Part shown: positions 1-13,800 of the stretch, in pieces
Layout: every line of letters starts with the position of its first letter
How positions within the stretch are numbered: the stretch's first letter is position 1
NCBI GenBank assembly: GCA_032718475.1
Contig: JAUCBJ010004385.1
Coordinates: 1-36,811 of the forward strand
Reading direction: 5' to 3'
Source: Nemertoderma westbladi
Lineage: Eukaryota > Animalia > Xenacoelomorpha
Length of the DNA: 36,811 nt
Made by a program: the position numbers and the translations under genes
Notes under the pieces: model-generated
The model's database searches: none
Seen by the model: only the letters and a program-made list of their open reading frames with translations
Told to the model about the DNA's origin: nothing

Positions 1-767
1 CGAATTGTTTGAATGGGATCCCGAATTGTTGGAAAGGGATCCCGAATTGTTGGAACGGGATCCCGAATTGTAGGAACGGGATACGAATTGTAGGAAAGGG
101 ATCCCGAATTGTAGGAACGGGATCCCGAAGTGTTGGAACGGGATCCCGAATTGTAGGAGCGGGATCCCGAATTGTTGGAACGGGATCCTGAATTGTTGGA
201 ACTGGATCCCGGAACGGGATCCTGAATTGTAGGAACGGGATCCCGAATTGTAGGAACGGGATCCAGAATTGTAGGAACGGGATCCCGAATTGTTGGGACG
301 GGATCCCGATTGTTGGAATGGGATCCCGAATTGTTTGAATGGGATCCCGAATTGTTGGAAAGGGATCCCGAATTGTTGGAAAGGGATCCCGAATTGTTTG
401 AATGGGATCCCGAATTGTTGGAAAGGGATCCCGAATTGTTTGAATGGGATCCCGAATTGTTGGAAAGGGATCCCGAATTGTTGGAACGGGATCCCGAATT
501 GTAGGAACGGGATACGAATTGTAGGAAAGGGATCCCGAATTGTAGGAACGGGATCCCGAAGTGTTGGAACTGGATCCCGAATTGTTGGAACGGGATTCCG
601 AATTGTTGGAACGGGATCCTGAATTGTAGGAACGGGATCCCGAATTGTTGGAAAGGGATCCCGAATTGTTGGAACGGGATCCCGAATTGTTTGAATGGGA
701 TCCCGAATTGTTGGAAAGGGATCCCTCCCGAATTGTTGGAACGGGATCCCGAATTGTAGGAACGGGA
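1..767. repeat. 21-bp tandem satellite, left block (runs off the window edge)
   Basis: Unit consensus GGATCCCGAATTGT(T/A)GGAACG, containing the 10-bp palindrome CGGGATCCCG. Variant units recur in blocks (e.g. GGGATACGAATTG at ~78 and ~509). Confidence 0.97.
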
Positions 768-1785
768 GGTACGGTGACACAGAACCATTTGAAGTGTTAT
801 GGGGCGTCCTCCAAGGAGACACACTTGCAGCATTCCTGTTCATTATTGTGGTTGACTATGTTCTACGCATGTCCTTAGATCATCATAATGATGATGGGGT
901 GATGATAACTCCACCTACTGGCTACAGAAGTCGAGGAAATCCTGCCAAGTACCTAACTAATCTAGACTTTGCTGATGACTTAGGAGTACTCTCAGAATCA
1001 CTAGAGGGAGCCCAACGGCTCCTCAGCTCATTAGAACATGCTGCTTCTAGTGTTGGTCTTTTTATTAACTCCAGAAAGACCAAAATTTTGACAGTTAACT
1101 TTGAAAGTCCTCAGCAAGTCTCTGATCGGATGAGCATAAGCTCAAAGGATGGTATGCTTGAGCATGTGGACGACTTATGTTACCTGGGATCATGGATCCG
1201 GAAGTCAGGTGAGGACCTTCGAATACGTAAGGGAAAGGCATGGGCAGCCTTGTATAGGCTTTCCAGGATTTGGAAGTCACCGAGAATTAATCGGAAACTT
1301 AAGGTCCGATTATTTAGAGCAGCAGTAGTTCCAGTACTCCTCTACGGGAGTCCATGCTGGGCTCTAACTGCTGAGGACACCAAATCTCTGGATGGCACAT
1401 TCACAAGAATGCTACGCCGGGTTCATTGTGTCAAGTACAATGCACACATCTCCAACCAGACACTATATAACATTGGAGGTGTCTCATTGGTTCCCCCAAG
1501 CTTGACACTAGAACAAAATCGCCTCCGCTTTGCAGGACATTGCTTTCGCCGTGAGGACCAGCCTGTGCATAATCTTGTACTTTGGCAGCCTCATGGAGTG
1601 AATAAGCATGGTGGACAGCCCATGACTTTCTTGAGACGCATCTTATAGGACACTGGCCTTAAAGATGCGGATGATCTAGCAAATGTCATGGGTGATAGGG
1701 AGTTGTGGCGGTGCAATTTTGTTGACAAGCCGGCACATCATTCTTAAAAATGCAGCTGCAATGCAGCATGCCGATCCTAGTAGTA
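768..1785 (+). mobile_element. 5'-truncated RTE-like non-LTR retrotransposon (C-terminal half of RT) inserted in the 21-bp satellite
   Basis: RT motifs GVLQGDTLA, LDFADDL, YLGSWI, VLLYGS.CW and RLRFAGHC.R. Premature TAG at 1646-1648 where the copy at ~29.5 kb has AAG. (TAG)n tail. GTAGGAACGGGA on both flanks (756-767, 1786-1797). Confidence 0.9.
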
Positions 1786-3255
1786 GTAGGAACGGGATAC
1801 GAATTGTAGGAAAGAGATCCCGAATTGTTGGAACGGGATCCCGAATTGTAGGAGCGGGATCCTGAATTGTAGGAACGGGATCCCGAATTGTTGGAACGAG
1901 ATCCCGAATTGTTTGAACGGGATCCCGAATTATTGGAACTGGATCCCGAATTGTAGGAGCGGGATTCCGAATTGTAGGAACGGGATCCCGAATTGTTGGA
2001 ACGGGATCCCGAATTGTAGGAGCGGGGTCCTGAATTGTAGGAACGGGATCCCGAATTGTTGGAACGAGATCCCGAATTGTTTGAACGGGATCCCGAATTA
2101 TTGGAACTGGATCCCGAATTGTAGGAGCGGGATTCCGAATTGTTGGAACGGGATCCCGAATTGTAGGAACGGGATCCTGAATTATAGGAACGGGATCCCG
2201 AATTGTTGGAACGGGATCCCGAATTGTAGGAGCGGGATCCCGATTGTTGGAATGGGATCCCAAATTGTAGGAAAGGGATCCCGAATTGTAGGAACGGGAT
2301 CCCGATTGTTGGAACTGGATCCCGAATTGTAGGAACGGGATCCCGAATTGTTGGAACTGGATCCCGAATTGTTGGAACTGGATCCCGAATTGTAGGATCT
2401 GGATCCCGAATTGAAGGAACGGGATCCCGAATTGTAGGAAAGGGATCCCGAATTGTAGGAACGGGTTCCCGAAGTGTTGGAACTGGATCACGAATTGTAG
2501 GAACGGGATCCCGAATTGTTGGAACGGGATCCCGAATTGTTGGAACGGGATCCCGATTGTTGGAACGGGATCCCGAATTATTGGAATGGGATCCCAAATT
2601 GTTGGAAAGGGATCCCGAATTGTTGGAACGGGATCCCGAATTGTAGGAACGGGATCCCGAATTGTAGGAACGGGATCCCGAATTGTAGGAACGGGGTCCC
2701 GAATTGTTGGAACGGGATCCCGAATTGTTGGAACTGGATCCCGAATTGTAGGAACGGGATTCCGATTTGTTGGAACGGGATCCCGAATTGTAGGAACGGG
2801 ATCCCCCGAATTGTAGGAACGGGATCCCGAATTGTTGGAACGGGATCCCGAATTGTTGGAACGGGATCCCGCATTGTTGGAACTGGATCCCGAATTGTAG
2901 GAACGGGATCCCGAATTGTTGGAACGGGATCCCGAATTGTTGGAACTGGATCCCGAATTGTAGGAACGGGATCCCGAATTGTAGGAACGGGATCCCGAAT
3001 TGTAGGAACGGGATCCCGAATTGTTGGAATGGGATCCCAAATTGTTGGAAAGGGATCCCGAATTGTTGGAACGGGATCCCGAATTGTAGGAACGGGATCC
3101 CGAATTGAAGGAACGGGATCCCGAATTGTTGGAACGGGATCCCGAATTGTTGGAACTGGATCCCGAATTGTAGGAACGGGATCCCGAATTGTAGGAACGG
3201 GATCCCGAATTGTAGGAACGGGATCCCGAATTGTTGGAACGGGAACCCGAAGTTC
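1786..3255. repeat. 21-bp tandem satellite, right block (~70 units)
   Basis: Same unit as 1-767; degenerates at about 3250 (GGGAACCCGAAGTTCCGA). Confidence 0.97.
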
Positions 3256-3347
3256 CGATAAATAGTTGGTAAACCATCCGATCCCGGTAATCAACTATAA
3301 ATTAATTGTAATATAACTATTGTGTAAATTAAACAGGAACAACTCAT

Positions 3348-3627
3348 GAGACGGGGGGGGGGGGGGGGGGCTGGACGCAAATCCCATCTTGGCGAATTGT
3401 AGGTTAGTTAAGTTATATAAGTTAGATTCTCAATTTAGGGAAAGGAACAGGTTACTGTGGTACGTTATTTTAAACAAAACAATAAACTAAACATAATAGA
3501 ATAGGTTACAGTTTTATTTTTGAGCGTAAACAGCTGTTATTTGCGTCGAATTTCCCCTGGAGAGGGATGAATTTTTATTGCGTCCAGTCCCCCCCCCCCC
3601 CCCCCCCCCTCCCCCGGCCCCCATCTG
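3348..3627. mobile_element. 280-bp non-autonomous hAT-type MITE with poly-G/poly-C terminal inverted repeats
   Basis: GAGAC-G(n)-CTGGACGCAA at the left end, TTGCGTCCAGT-C(n)-CCATCTG at the right end. 8-bp direct repeat CAACTCAT at 3340-3347 and 3628-3635. Confidence 0.7.
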
Positions 3628-6600
3628 CAACTCATATAGCAAAAGCGAACAAATGAATTCACCAACAACGGCGGTGATTGAAAATTATATTTGCGAGACG
3701 CCGGTCGCTCTCAATAAACGTCTTGGTATGCAGATCAATAAGTATAAAACGGGTTTATTAAAAAATTGTATAACTTTATTTCACTCTGGTGATTGATTAG
3801 TATGATTAAATTATACTGAAATTAATTGATGTTAATTACTGGATGGTTTACTGACATATCAATTCGATATAATCAATACAATTCGGTTCTATGGTGCAAC
3901 TATGTATGGATGTTACAATATATAAATATAATTTTAGTATAATTATTGTATCATACAATATTTCTCGTAGGTCAATATTTTAGCAGTTGGAAATGAACTG
4001 GAAATTGAATTCAAAATTCCAACCCCGAAATCCCGAAATATTTGATCCCGTTTACACAATGTACCGCAAAGTAAAACAACAAAAAACCAGGTATAAATAA
4101 ATCACGGGCCAAATGTTATAACTACTGTGGGGTGAGATAAAAACAAGTATTCCATGTAGGCCCTACTATACTACTATATATGGCGATAGCGCGAGGATAG
4201 TCTGTCATTTAAATTAAAATCAAATATTCAATCCTATACAGGTACAGCAACCAGTAAAATCGGAAGTGAGTTCGCCATTAGTAAATACCAGAGTTAATAA
4301 TATATATCCCGTATATACGATTGGATTAATAGCAACCTTTGTACTTCGTTATCCCAAATACAAACTGGCAGACACAATATAGGCAATAAGTGCCCACATT
4401 GTAGAACAGCAATGGTGATTGTATCACTTGTAATGTATAGCCAAAACTATAAGCTCATTAATTAATATGGAGCTCATACAATGGCTGCCTATCATCGTTT
4501 TGTTCTGGGAAATTGTGAGATGAAGAGTTTGTTGGTAACATTGGGGTGGAGAGAAAAAAAAAGAGATACAAAAAGTGTCAGGGAAATATAGTAAGGCAAA
4601 TAATAAAATAAATAATTATTGTAATGGGTTTAATGTTTATTTCATTACAATGTCAACATAAACAAAGAGCAAATAATTATTGTTTTTGTTCATCGCTATT
4701 TAAAAAAATAGATATTTCAAATTGCAATTAAAGTATGAAAGCAATGAGAGTAACTATGGTAACTAAATTAACATTTAGTAATACTCACACGGTCCAGCAT
4801 TACCGGGCGTTCAACTGTGTTACACAAACGGAAAAATATTAGTAATAGTCGGCGAAAGATACTGCAAACCTGCGAAAATGAAAATCTGTGTAACAAAAGC
4901 GACCCCAATATACTACAATATAAACCGCATGTACAAATAAGATTTGTGTAACACATAAATATGTGTGACACCCTTAGCAATGGGGTACAATATAATAATT
5001 ATAATCACCCATAACATAACAATATTTATTTAACAACCCGCTCCATGCAATATAGATCATATACATCATATGCTAAACACCATGTCATGCTCGCACAACC
5101 CCCCCCCCCCCCCCCCCCCCCCATCTCCAAATTTATTAGATAGTGTAGAAGAATAAAGTAAAAAATACAATAAGAATTATATCGATTTACGTCTTAAAAT
5201 TCATCCATTCTCGATGATCTGCAGAGGAAGACAATGATAACAAGACAATTCTAGAAAATATATATAACGGCGATGGAGGTGGTTAATTTTTAACTTGATT
5301 CGAAAAGAAAATCCGGCCAGGCCAGCAGTAAGAAACAGTGCTGAACTATCGAAAAATCAAATTTTGTAATATATTATTCATATATGAAAAAATTGGGAGG
5401 GGGTGAGTCGCTGCGAGTTGTTAAAAAAAGTTGTGATATTAAGGTTGATGGTAAAATACTGCCTGTCATTCTGACGAATTTTCAACCATAATCGTTAAAT
5501 AATGGATGTTATTCACGTGCTGCGCGTAGTGCTGAAGAACAAAATGACATACGGGGTGGGGTATACGAGAGTAAATAATTAAACAGTGTAAGTAGTTCAA
5601 TACTGAATTCCAATAACGGTATTAATTATAAAATCATAAATCCGATATGTGTGAAATCTGAGGTGAGGAATGCGAATTATCGCAAAATAAGGCAAATTTT
5701 GAGCAGATTGAAAAGTTTCCGAGGGAGCTGAAAAGTGACAATTTATAGATTACCAAACGTAAACAACGTAATACACGGTTATAAACGACATAAACACACA
5801 CAGAGGTATAGCTTATATAATAATAATTATTTAAGTTGGATCAAATATAATATTCTGAAATCTACTTACTTATAATTATTATTGTAAACATAAAATAAAA
5901 AGTCATCGCGTAGAGTTTCATAAAGAAAATTTGAAAAATTATGACACAGAAGTTATTATTACTCCATAGTTCAACTGTTTTATAATATAATAGAAATATT
6001 TACATGTTTTTACCTTTCTGGATAATTAATAACTACTCATTGCGAGTACAATACATAAGTACACAACAGATACCAAATCTTTTACAATTGGTTACTGGAG
6101 CTACACTAGTAGAACAAGAGCACATAGTGATAACCCATTCCAATACTCTACCTCAACTATCATTGTCTTACACAATGACCCTTATACGGTCCCACAACAA
6201 TATAACTCAATAGATTTTAACCGACAACCGACAACCATAATTATTAACGCTAATTCTCAATTAAAGAATGGAACAGGTTACAGTGGAACGCTATTCCAAC
6301 CAAAACAATAAACGACAGGAGTGAACACAAGTTATAATTTTATGTTTGTCATTGTTGGGTGTATTTGTCGGCTGTCGTATATCGTTTACACCCATTTTAT
6401 CCCAATGTATAGTCTGTTGGATAGGGTTACGAAATGGTGGGATTAACTAGAGGATAACTCATCGCTCTGGTTACGGGAGTAAGAGCTAAGTAAAAATGTC
6501 AAAAGTTGTTTTTCTAGAACTTTTAACTCCATTGATTTTATAATTTATAAGACAGTTAAATAAATTAATTAATTAAATGGTGGCGACATTGAAGATTGGT

Positions 6601-6822
6601 AATATAATTTATGTTTAAAAATGTCGTCAAAATACTTTACATAGCGTACGTTGTCTGTCATAATATGTCTAAAATAAATAAATTAATAAGTCTAATTAAT
6701 TAGTCAATAAATGGGGTCATGATAATTTATCGTAATAATGTTGAATTAAATTGGGGCTAGTAGTAAGTTAAAATACACAAAAATAATTATTACCACTCCA
6801 AAAAATATGAAAATAAATTTGT

Positions 6823-7263
6823 TGGAATAATTTTACATTATTCAAAATGGAATAATTTTACATTATTCAAAATGGAATAATTTTACATTATTCAAAATGG
6901 AATAATTTTACATTATTCAAAATGGAATAATTTTACATTATTCAAAATGGGAATAATTTTACATTATTCAAAATGGGAATAATTTTACATTATTCAAAAT
7001 GGGAATAATTTTACATTATTCAAAATGGAATAATTTTACATTATTCAAAATGGAATAATTTTACATTATTCAAAATTGAATAATTTTACATTATTCAAAA
7101 TGGAATAATTTTACATTATTCAAAATGGAATAATTTTACATTATTCAAAATGGAATAATTTTACATTATTCAAAATGGAATAATTTTACATTATTCAAAA
7201 TGGAATAATTTTACATTATTCAAAATGGAATAACTTTACATTATTCAAAATGGAATAATTTTA
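6823..7263. repeat. 25-bp AT-rich minisatellite, ~17.5 copies
   Basis: Unit GGAATAATTTTACATTATTCAAAAT, near-perfect copies; three consecutive units carry an extra G. Confidence 0.97.
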
Positions 7264-10200
7264 GTTTCAGGTTTGATCTTGGCCTCCTGCTACTATTTCA
7301 GATTAAGTTATAGTTGTTTCAGTTTTCTGTGAAAAGTGTGGTAATCCACATTACAATAGGGAGACTACAGCCAAGACTAATAAAATACACTTAGCTGAGT
7401 TTGTGTTTGTGCATGTCTGGTCGAAGGTCTGCTATTGGTTTGGCTTGTAGAAAATTATTGTACATTTTACTGAATTGATTACTAGTTGACCTAAAGGTGA
7501 AGGACAGAAAGAACAAACATAATAGATTAAATAAAACGGATACGTACGTAACCATCAGTACTTCTTGTCTCGCCCCATAAGCTATAACCCAGTATAGTAC
7601 ATAACATTGATTTCTGTTTAAAGATCCAAAATTTTGGCACAGCCATAATAGTTTATCATTGGAGTTAGTTAATTGTGGACATCATAGGGCCTTTTGCTAA
7701 AGGCGATAAATAAATCGTCAGACAGACAGGCAGAGGTTTATAATGTCTAGACATTGCTTACCTATATTTGGGTATCAAAATGATTGCAGAATATGAATAA
7801 TCATGTATTCTATAACAGATAACCTGCTAATGAAACAACAATGAATGATATCATCATAGGAACTCCAAACGCACTTTTATGACAATTTTAATTTCGGCCA
7901 GACAAGACGAATTTCTGCAATTAATTGATGATAGAGGCGGTAACGTACAACTATTTGAGAGAAATTAGAAGAAAGTTATAAGATTTTTCCACTCACAATA
8001 GAATTTAATGAATTTATAAAACTAACATAATCGTAAATAATCAAAGATATATCATACCTTGGATGTGCAGTGTATAACTTGTTTACTTTTGATTTTCTTG
8101 GTTGATTGGTTTACCAATGATTGAAAGTGGATCGTATGCGGGCTCTAAAATGTAAATCCTACCATTCCTTTGCATGTTTACTATTATTTAAATCTATAAT
8201 TAATCTATTACTTAGAACATCAGTGCTCCTTATGCCCCTATGAGAGACACCAATATATCTACTACAATACTCGGGGCGATCAGAATGAGAAAAAAATTAT
8301 GATTTCATATTAATATCACAATCCCTCTAAAGTCGTGGTTGTCTAACATCATATAGTTAAAAAATATTACGACCAGGACCAAATGGATGGTTGGATTCGT
8401 TTGCACGATCAATCGGATTAAGAAAGTTTCTATACTTTACTGAAATTTTAAATAGGAAATGTTGTGAAATCATGTAACGTTAATTATCTTGGGAGTGAAA
8501 GTGAAGGAGGGGAGAAAGAGATTTAATGTACAATGTTTGAGTTGAACTTTGGTAACATTTGAATCCAGTGTCCAACATTGTGAATGATGTATAAAAAGGA
8601 CAATTGAAGATAAATAGAGAGTGAACTCATCGATTTAGATTAAATCCCAAAACAACGCGATGGTCAGCTGAGAAATCGGTACAGCTGAAAGAAACCCTAT
8701 TGGATTACAATCTAATCCAATATCAGTTGCAGGTCTGTTGCACAACACATCGTGGGGACCAAGCACTGCCAGAATTAATGAAGAATTAATGATATTCATG
8801 TGATGGACCGAACCACCCTCCAATGAATATCATTAGGAACCACCATTCCCATCACACTGAACGCGGGTCCAACCAAATAGTTTAAGTTAGAATCTATTTT
8901 AAAGCTATCATCGATTAGGTCAACCAAGTTATGTCAGCCAGTGTGAATGAGAATGGTGCCTAACAATTCGTAAAAGTCGTAAACTTATAATAATGAACAT
9001 TTTGCAGTACAATGGTATAGCTAAATTATGTTTCAAATAAATACAATATAATTCGAAAACAAATACAGTTATTTTCATTGCCTACATTGCACTACATGCG
9101 AATGTGAATATATTCTTCTTATTCAATAATAATCAATAAATGACACATTTTGACGTCACAAATCTCATATTTACACGTATAAAACTTCTAGTAAAGGCAA
9201 ATTATTATCTGGTGGCGGAGTGAGGGAGGCTTTCACATAGTCACAAGAAAATAATAAACTACTCTAGCTACAGACATACTGCCACTGTAAACAACTTACC
9301 GCACAGCTATTCGATGGTTTGATAAAATGTACTTTATTATTGGTAGCTTAGCTACATAAATAAGGCTTAACAATCACAGCTAATAAAACAGTAATTTATT
9401 TAATTTAACAATTAAAAATTATTACAATACAATAAATAGATGCTTAGATTTGCGACTAGAGTATTTTTTAACTATAGCATAATTAATTATTGCTAACTCT
9501 TATAGTACGTAAGTTGCTTTACTTTTTTGCATTTTTTTTCTGTTAGCATATTAATGCCATGTACTCGCAATGTATATTGTGTTGTGCGAGTGATTATGGG
9601 GTTGAAGTATTACATCAACCACTCCCCATGTCCCTCGTGGTCCTTTATTTAATACAAAGGTGTAACACAAAAGTCCGTGAGAGAAACAATGTTGGAAAAA
9701 ACCTTATTTACCGGTACTATAGTAGATCGGAATGACAGATTAATTGTCAATTATTGCGAAATGGTAAATCTTAATCTGTTATTGATTGCGCCAACTGCGT
9801 AGGTAGGAATATAGCACAAACAACAGTACGAAGACATGACCTACGTAATGGTGAAACTATATATATTATGAATGATTGGGAATTGGTATATATTTTGTTG
9901 GTGCGAAGAGAATCTCTGATTGCACGATATTGCAGTCTACAATCAATTTGGTGATCATTTGCAATTTATAAAAATTGCCAAAAGAACCATTGTTCGATTC
10001 TGTGACGGTCTAAGTAGTAAATAATGATACAATATTAATGTCTAATCGCAATAAACCATTGTTACATATAATTATAAAACTAATAAGAGCTAACCTTACA
10101 GTCATTGTGTAAGTTACAGCACAGATGATGAAAAAAGGATATGTAAAATGTATGGAAGAATTCAATGTTCGTATGACTGCGTAGAAAAATTAACCACCAA

Positions 10201-10635
10201 ACTTTACATACTTTGAGTTTGGTAAAGAAAGGGGGGAGTGCATTTTATATAAAATCGGGACAAATAATAAACAATAATTATAGTACTAACAAACTAAGGG
10301 AGACAACCAGTAGATATCCAACATCTCCCACCCTGGGCCCAGTTACATTAAGCAGACTATACATTGGGTTTATAATAAGATGCTCGCTAACCAAGCAACC
10401 AGGTGGTTCCCGGATTATTATTATAATATATACAAAAAAAGTTGAGAGGAAATAAATAATGTAACGAAATTTATATGTACCGGAAAAGCGCCAATATCTC
10501 AAAACCAAACTAAAACCGGTAACATAACCGGAGTCATAGCAACTGATTGCGGACCAACCATGGGACACACCGACCGTAAAGACAATTACAGTCATCAGTA
10601 GAGGTATGGTAGGGGTTGTATTGCGGTAACACATT

Positions 10636-10807
10636 TCAGTAATTACCATGTTCGAATGTGTTAAATATATCCCTTTGTAGATCGATTTTAGCCGTTTCCA
10701 CCATGGCCTCTCTCTGTTTCCTTTGTTCTTCGCGATCCCGTTCCCGCTGTCCCTTCAATCGCTCCCCCTCCTGTTGTCTGTCCAACTCCTGTTGTTGTTT
10801 TTTAGCT
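10636..10807 (-). CDS. BRD4: Terminal coding exon of the BET gene, encoding the BRD4-type C-terminal motif (P-TEFb-interacting domain)
   Basis: Acceptor ctgtatattttag|A joins in phase 2 to the upstream exon ending ...GAA CG. Translation (R)AKKQQQELDRQQEGERLKGQRERDREEQRKQREAMVETAKIDLQRDIFNTFEHGNY* resembles the BRD4/fsh-L end (R.REAM...ID...Q.D....FE). TGA at 10636-10638. Not in the ORF track. Confidence 0.88.
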
Positions 10808-13800
10808 CTAAAATATACAGATAGACCACCGCTATAAGATGAATATTATTAAGATACCTTGATTGATTTTATAATATTCTATGATTAACAATTAACAACA
10901 AGCTGTTATGTAGCACATTTAGAGGATAACATATTATATAAACCAACTTCCATTGTGGCTAAATGTTTAAAAGCTGTGATTACAGCTTTAGGCGAGTTCC
11001 TTACAATACAACTGAACCTGAAACGTCATATCAGTGATCATCACGCCACCAACAATATTACAGAGAATAATCATAATGGTTAGGCCAACACCCCGAACGG
11101 AGTAAATATTAATAAACATTCAATTGTACAATAATATGATACACGTTTTGTAATTATAAAATAAGGAACATTATAAACAGTGGTAGAGGTGGTGATTACT
11201 GGCAATAATAAATTATAATAATACTAATAATTAATTATTTGTACTAGTTATACTAATAACGATCCAAAACCCGAACTTAAACCACTCCAATGATCCATCA
11301 CTTCCCCTGCAGAGGAAATATACAGATAAATTTAGAAGAAACCCTACGGAACCAGGAAATTTGGACATCAATGCGCATAAACCGTTCTAGAGCGACTCAG
11401 TAACTAACCGTTCTAGAGCGACTCAGTAAATAACCGTTCTAGAGCGACTCAGTAACTAACCGTTCTAGAGCGACTCAGTAACTAACCGTTCTAGAGCGAC
11501 TCAGTAATTAACCGTTCTAGAGCGACTCAGTAACTAACCGTTCTAGAGCGACTCAGTAATTAACCGTTCTAGAGCGACTCAGTAACTAACCGTTCTAGAG
11601 CGACTCAGTAACTAACCGTTCTAGAGCGACTCACTAACTAACCGTTCTAGAGCGACTCAGTAACTAACCGTTCTAGAGCGACTCACTAACTAACCGTTCT
11701 AGAGCGACTCAGTAAATAACCGTTCTAGAGCGACTCAGTAACTAACCGTTCTAGAGCGACTCACTAACTAACCGTTCTAGAGCGACTCAGTAACTAACCG
11801 GTCTAGAGCGACTCAGTAACTAACCGTTCTAGAGCGACTCAGTAAATAACCGTTCTAGAGCGACTCACTAACTAACCGTTCTAGAGCGACTCAGTAAATA
11901 ACCGTTCTAGAGCGACTCAGTAACTAACCGTTCTAGAGCGACTCAGTAAATAACCGTTCTAGAGCGACTCAGTAACTAACCGTTCTAGAGCGACTCAGTA
12001 ACTAACCGTTCTAGAGCGACTCAGTAATTAACCGTTCTAGAGCGACTCAGTAACTAACCGTTCTAGAGCGACTCAGTAATTAACCGTTCTAGAGCGACTC
12101 AGTAACTAACCGTTCTAGAGCAACTCAGTAACTAACCGTTCTAGAGCGACTCACTAACTAACCGTTCTAGAGCGACTCAGTAACTAACCGTTCTAGAGCG
12201 ACTCACTAACTAACCGTTCTAGAGCGACTCAGTAAATAACCGTTCTAGAGCGACTCAGTAACTAACCGTTCTAGAGCGACTCACTAACTAACCGTTCTAG
12301 AGCGACTCAGTAACTAACCGTTCTAGAGCGACTCAGTAACTAACCGGTCTAGAGCGACTCAGTAACTAACCGTTCTAGAGCGACTCACTAACTAACCGTT
12401 CTAGAGCGACTCAGTAACTAACCGGTCTAGAGCGACTCAGTAACTAACCGTTCTAGAGCGACTCAGTAAATAACCGTTCTAGAGCGACTCACTAACTAAC
12501 CGTTCTAGAGCGAATCAGTAAATAACCGCTCTAGAGCGACTCAGTAACTAACCGTTCTAGAGCGACTCAGTAAATAACCGTTCTAGAGCGACTCAGTAAC
12601 TAACCGTTCTAGAGCGACTCAGTAACTAACCGTTCTAGAGCGACTCAGTAATTAACCGTTCTAGAGCGACTCAGTAACTAACCGTTCTAGAGCGACTCAG
12701 TAATTAACCGTTCTAGAGCGACTCAGTAACTAACCGTTCTAGAGCGACTCAGTAACTAACCGTTCTAGAGCGACTCACTAACTAACCGTTCTAGAGCGAC
12801 TCAGTAACTAACCGTTCTAGAGCGACTCACTAACTAACCGTTCTAGAGCGACTCAGTAAATAACCGTTCTAGAGCGACTCAGTAACTAACCGTTCTAGAG
12901 CGACTCACTAACTAACCGTTCTAGAGCGACTCAGTAACTAACCGTTCTAGAGCGACTCAGTAACTAACCGGTCTAGAGCGACTCAGTAACTAACCGTTCT
13001 AGAGCGACTCACTAACTAACCGTTCTAGAGCGACTCAGTAAATAACCGTTCTAGAGCGACTCAGTAACTAACCGTTCTAGAGCGACTCAGTAACTAACCG
13101 TTCTAGAGCGACTCAGTAATTAACCGTTCTAGAGCGACTCAGTAACTAACCGTTCTAGAGCGACTCAGTAATTAACCGTTCTAGAGCGACTCAGTAACTA
13201 ACCGTTCTAGAGCGACTCAGTAACTAACCGTTCTAGAGCGACTCACTAACTAACCGTTCTAGAGCGACTCAGTAACTAACCGTTCTAGAGCGACTCACTA
13301 ACTAACCGTTCTAGAGCGACTCAGTAAATAACCGTTCTAGAGCGACTCAGTAACTAACCGTTCTAGAGCGACTCACTAACCGTTCTAGAGCGACTCAGTA
13401 ACTAACCGGTCTAGAGCGACTCAGTAACTAACCGTTCTAGAGCGACTCACTAACTAACCGTTCTAGAGCGACTCAGTAAATAACCGTTCTAGAGCGACTC
13501 AGTAACTAACCGTTCTAGAGCGACTCAGTAACTAACCGTTCTAGAGCGACTCACTAACTAACCGTTCTAGAGCGACTCAGTAACTAACCGTTCTAGAGCG
13601 ACTCACTAACTAACCGTTCTAGAGCGACTCAGTAAATAACCGTTCTAGAGCGACTCAGTAACTAACCGTTCTAGAGCGACTCAGTAATTAACCGTTCTAA
13701 AGCGACTCAGTAACTAACCGTTCTAGAGCGACTCACTAACTAACCGTTCTAGAGCGACTCAGTAACTAACCGTTCTAGAGCGACTCACTAACTAACCGTT

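Noticed and set aside
1-3294. Long ORFs with heptad repeats (GIPNCWN, GSRIVGT, DPVPTIR, SGSRSYN) as real proteins
   Set aside because: A 21-bp unit keeps several frames open on both strands. Frequent single-base indels switch frames, and there is no unique coding flank.
7700-8900. Possible decayed coding sequence on the plus strand
   Set aside because: Only short open stretches with frequent stops; I could not recognise any family.
10213-10649. 123-aa hydrophobic ORF and 80-aa ORF downstream of the BET stop
   Set aside because: Composition is typical of AT-rich 3' UTR, with no motif support.
10729-10745. 15/16 match between BET terminal-exon sequence (GGAACGGGATCGCGAA) and the 21-bp satellite (GGAACGGGATCCCGAA)
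   Set aside because: The match is short and does not extend to a whole unit. Chance is the likeliest explanation, so a shared origin cannot be supported.
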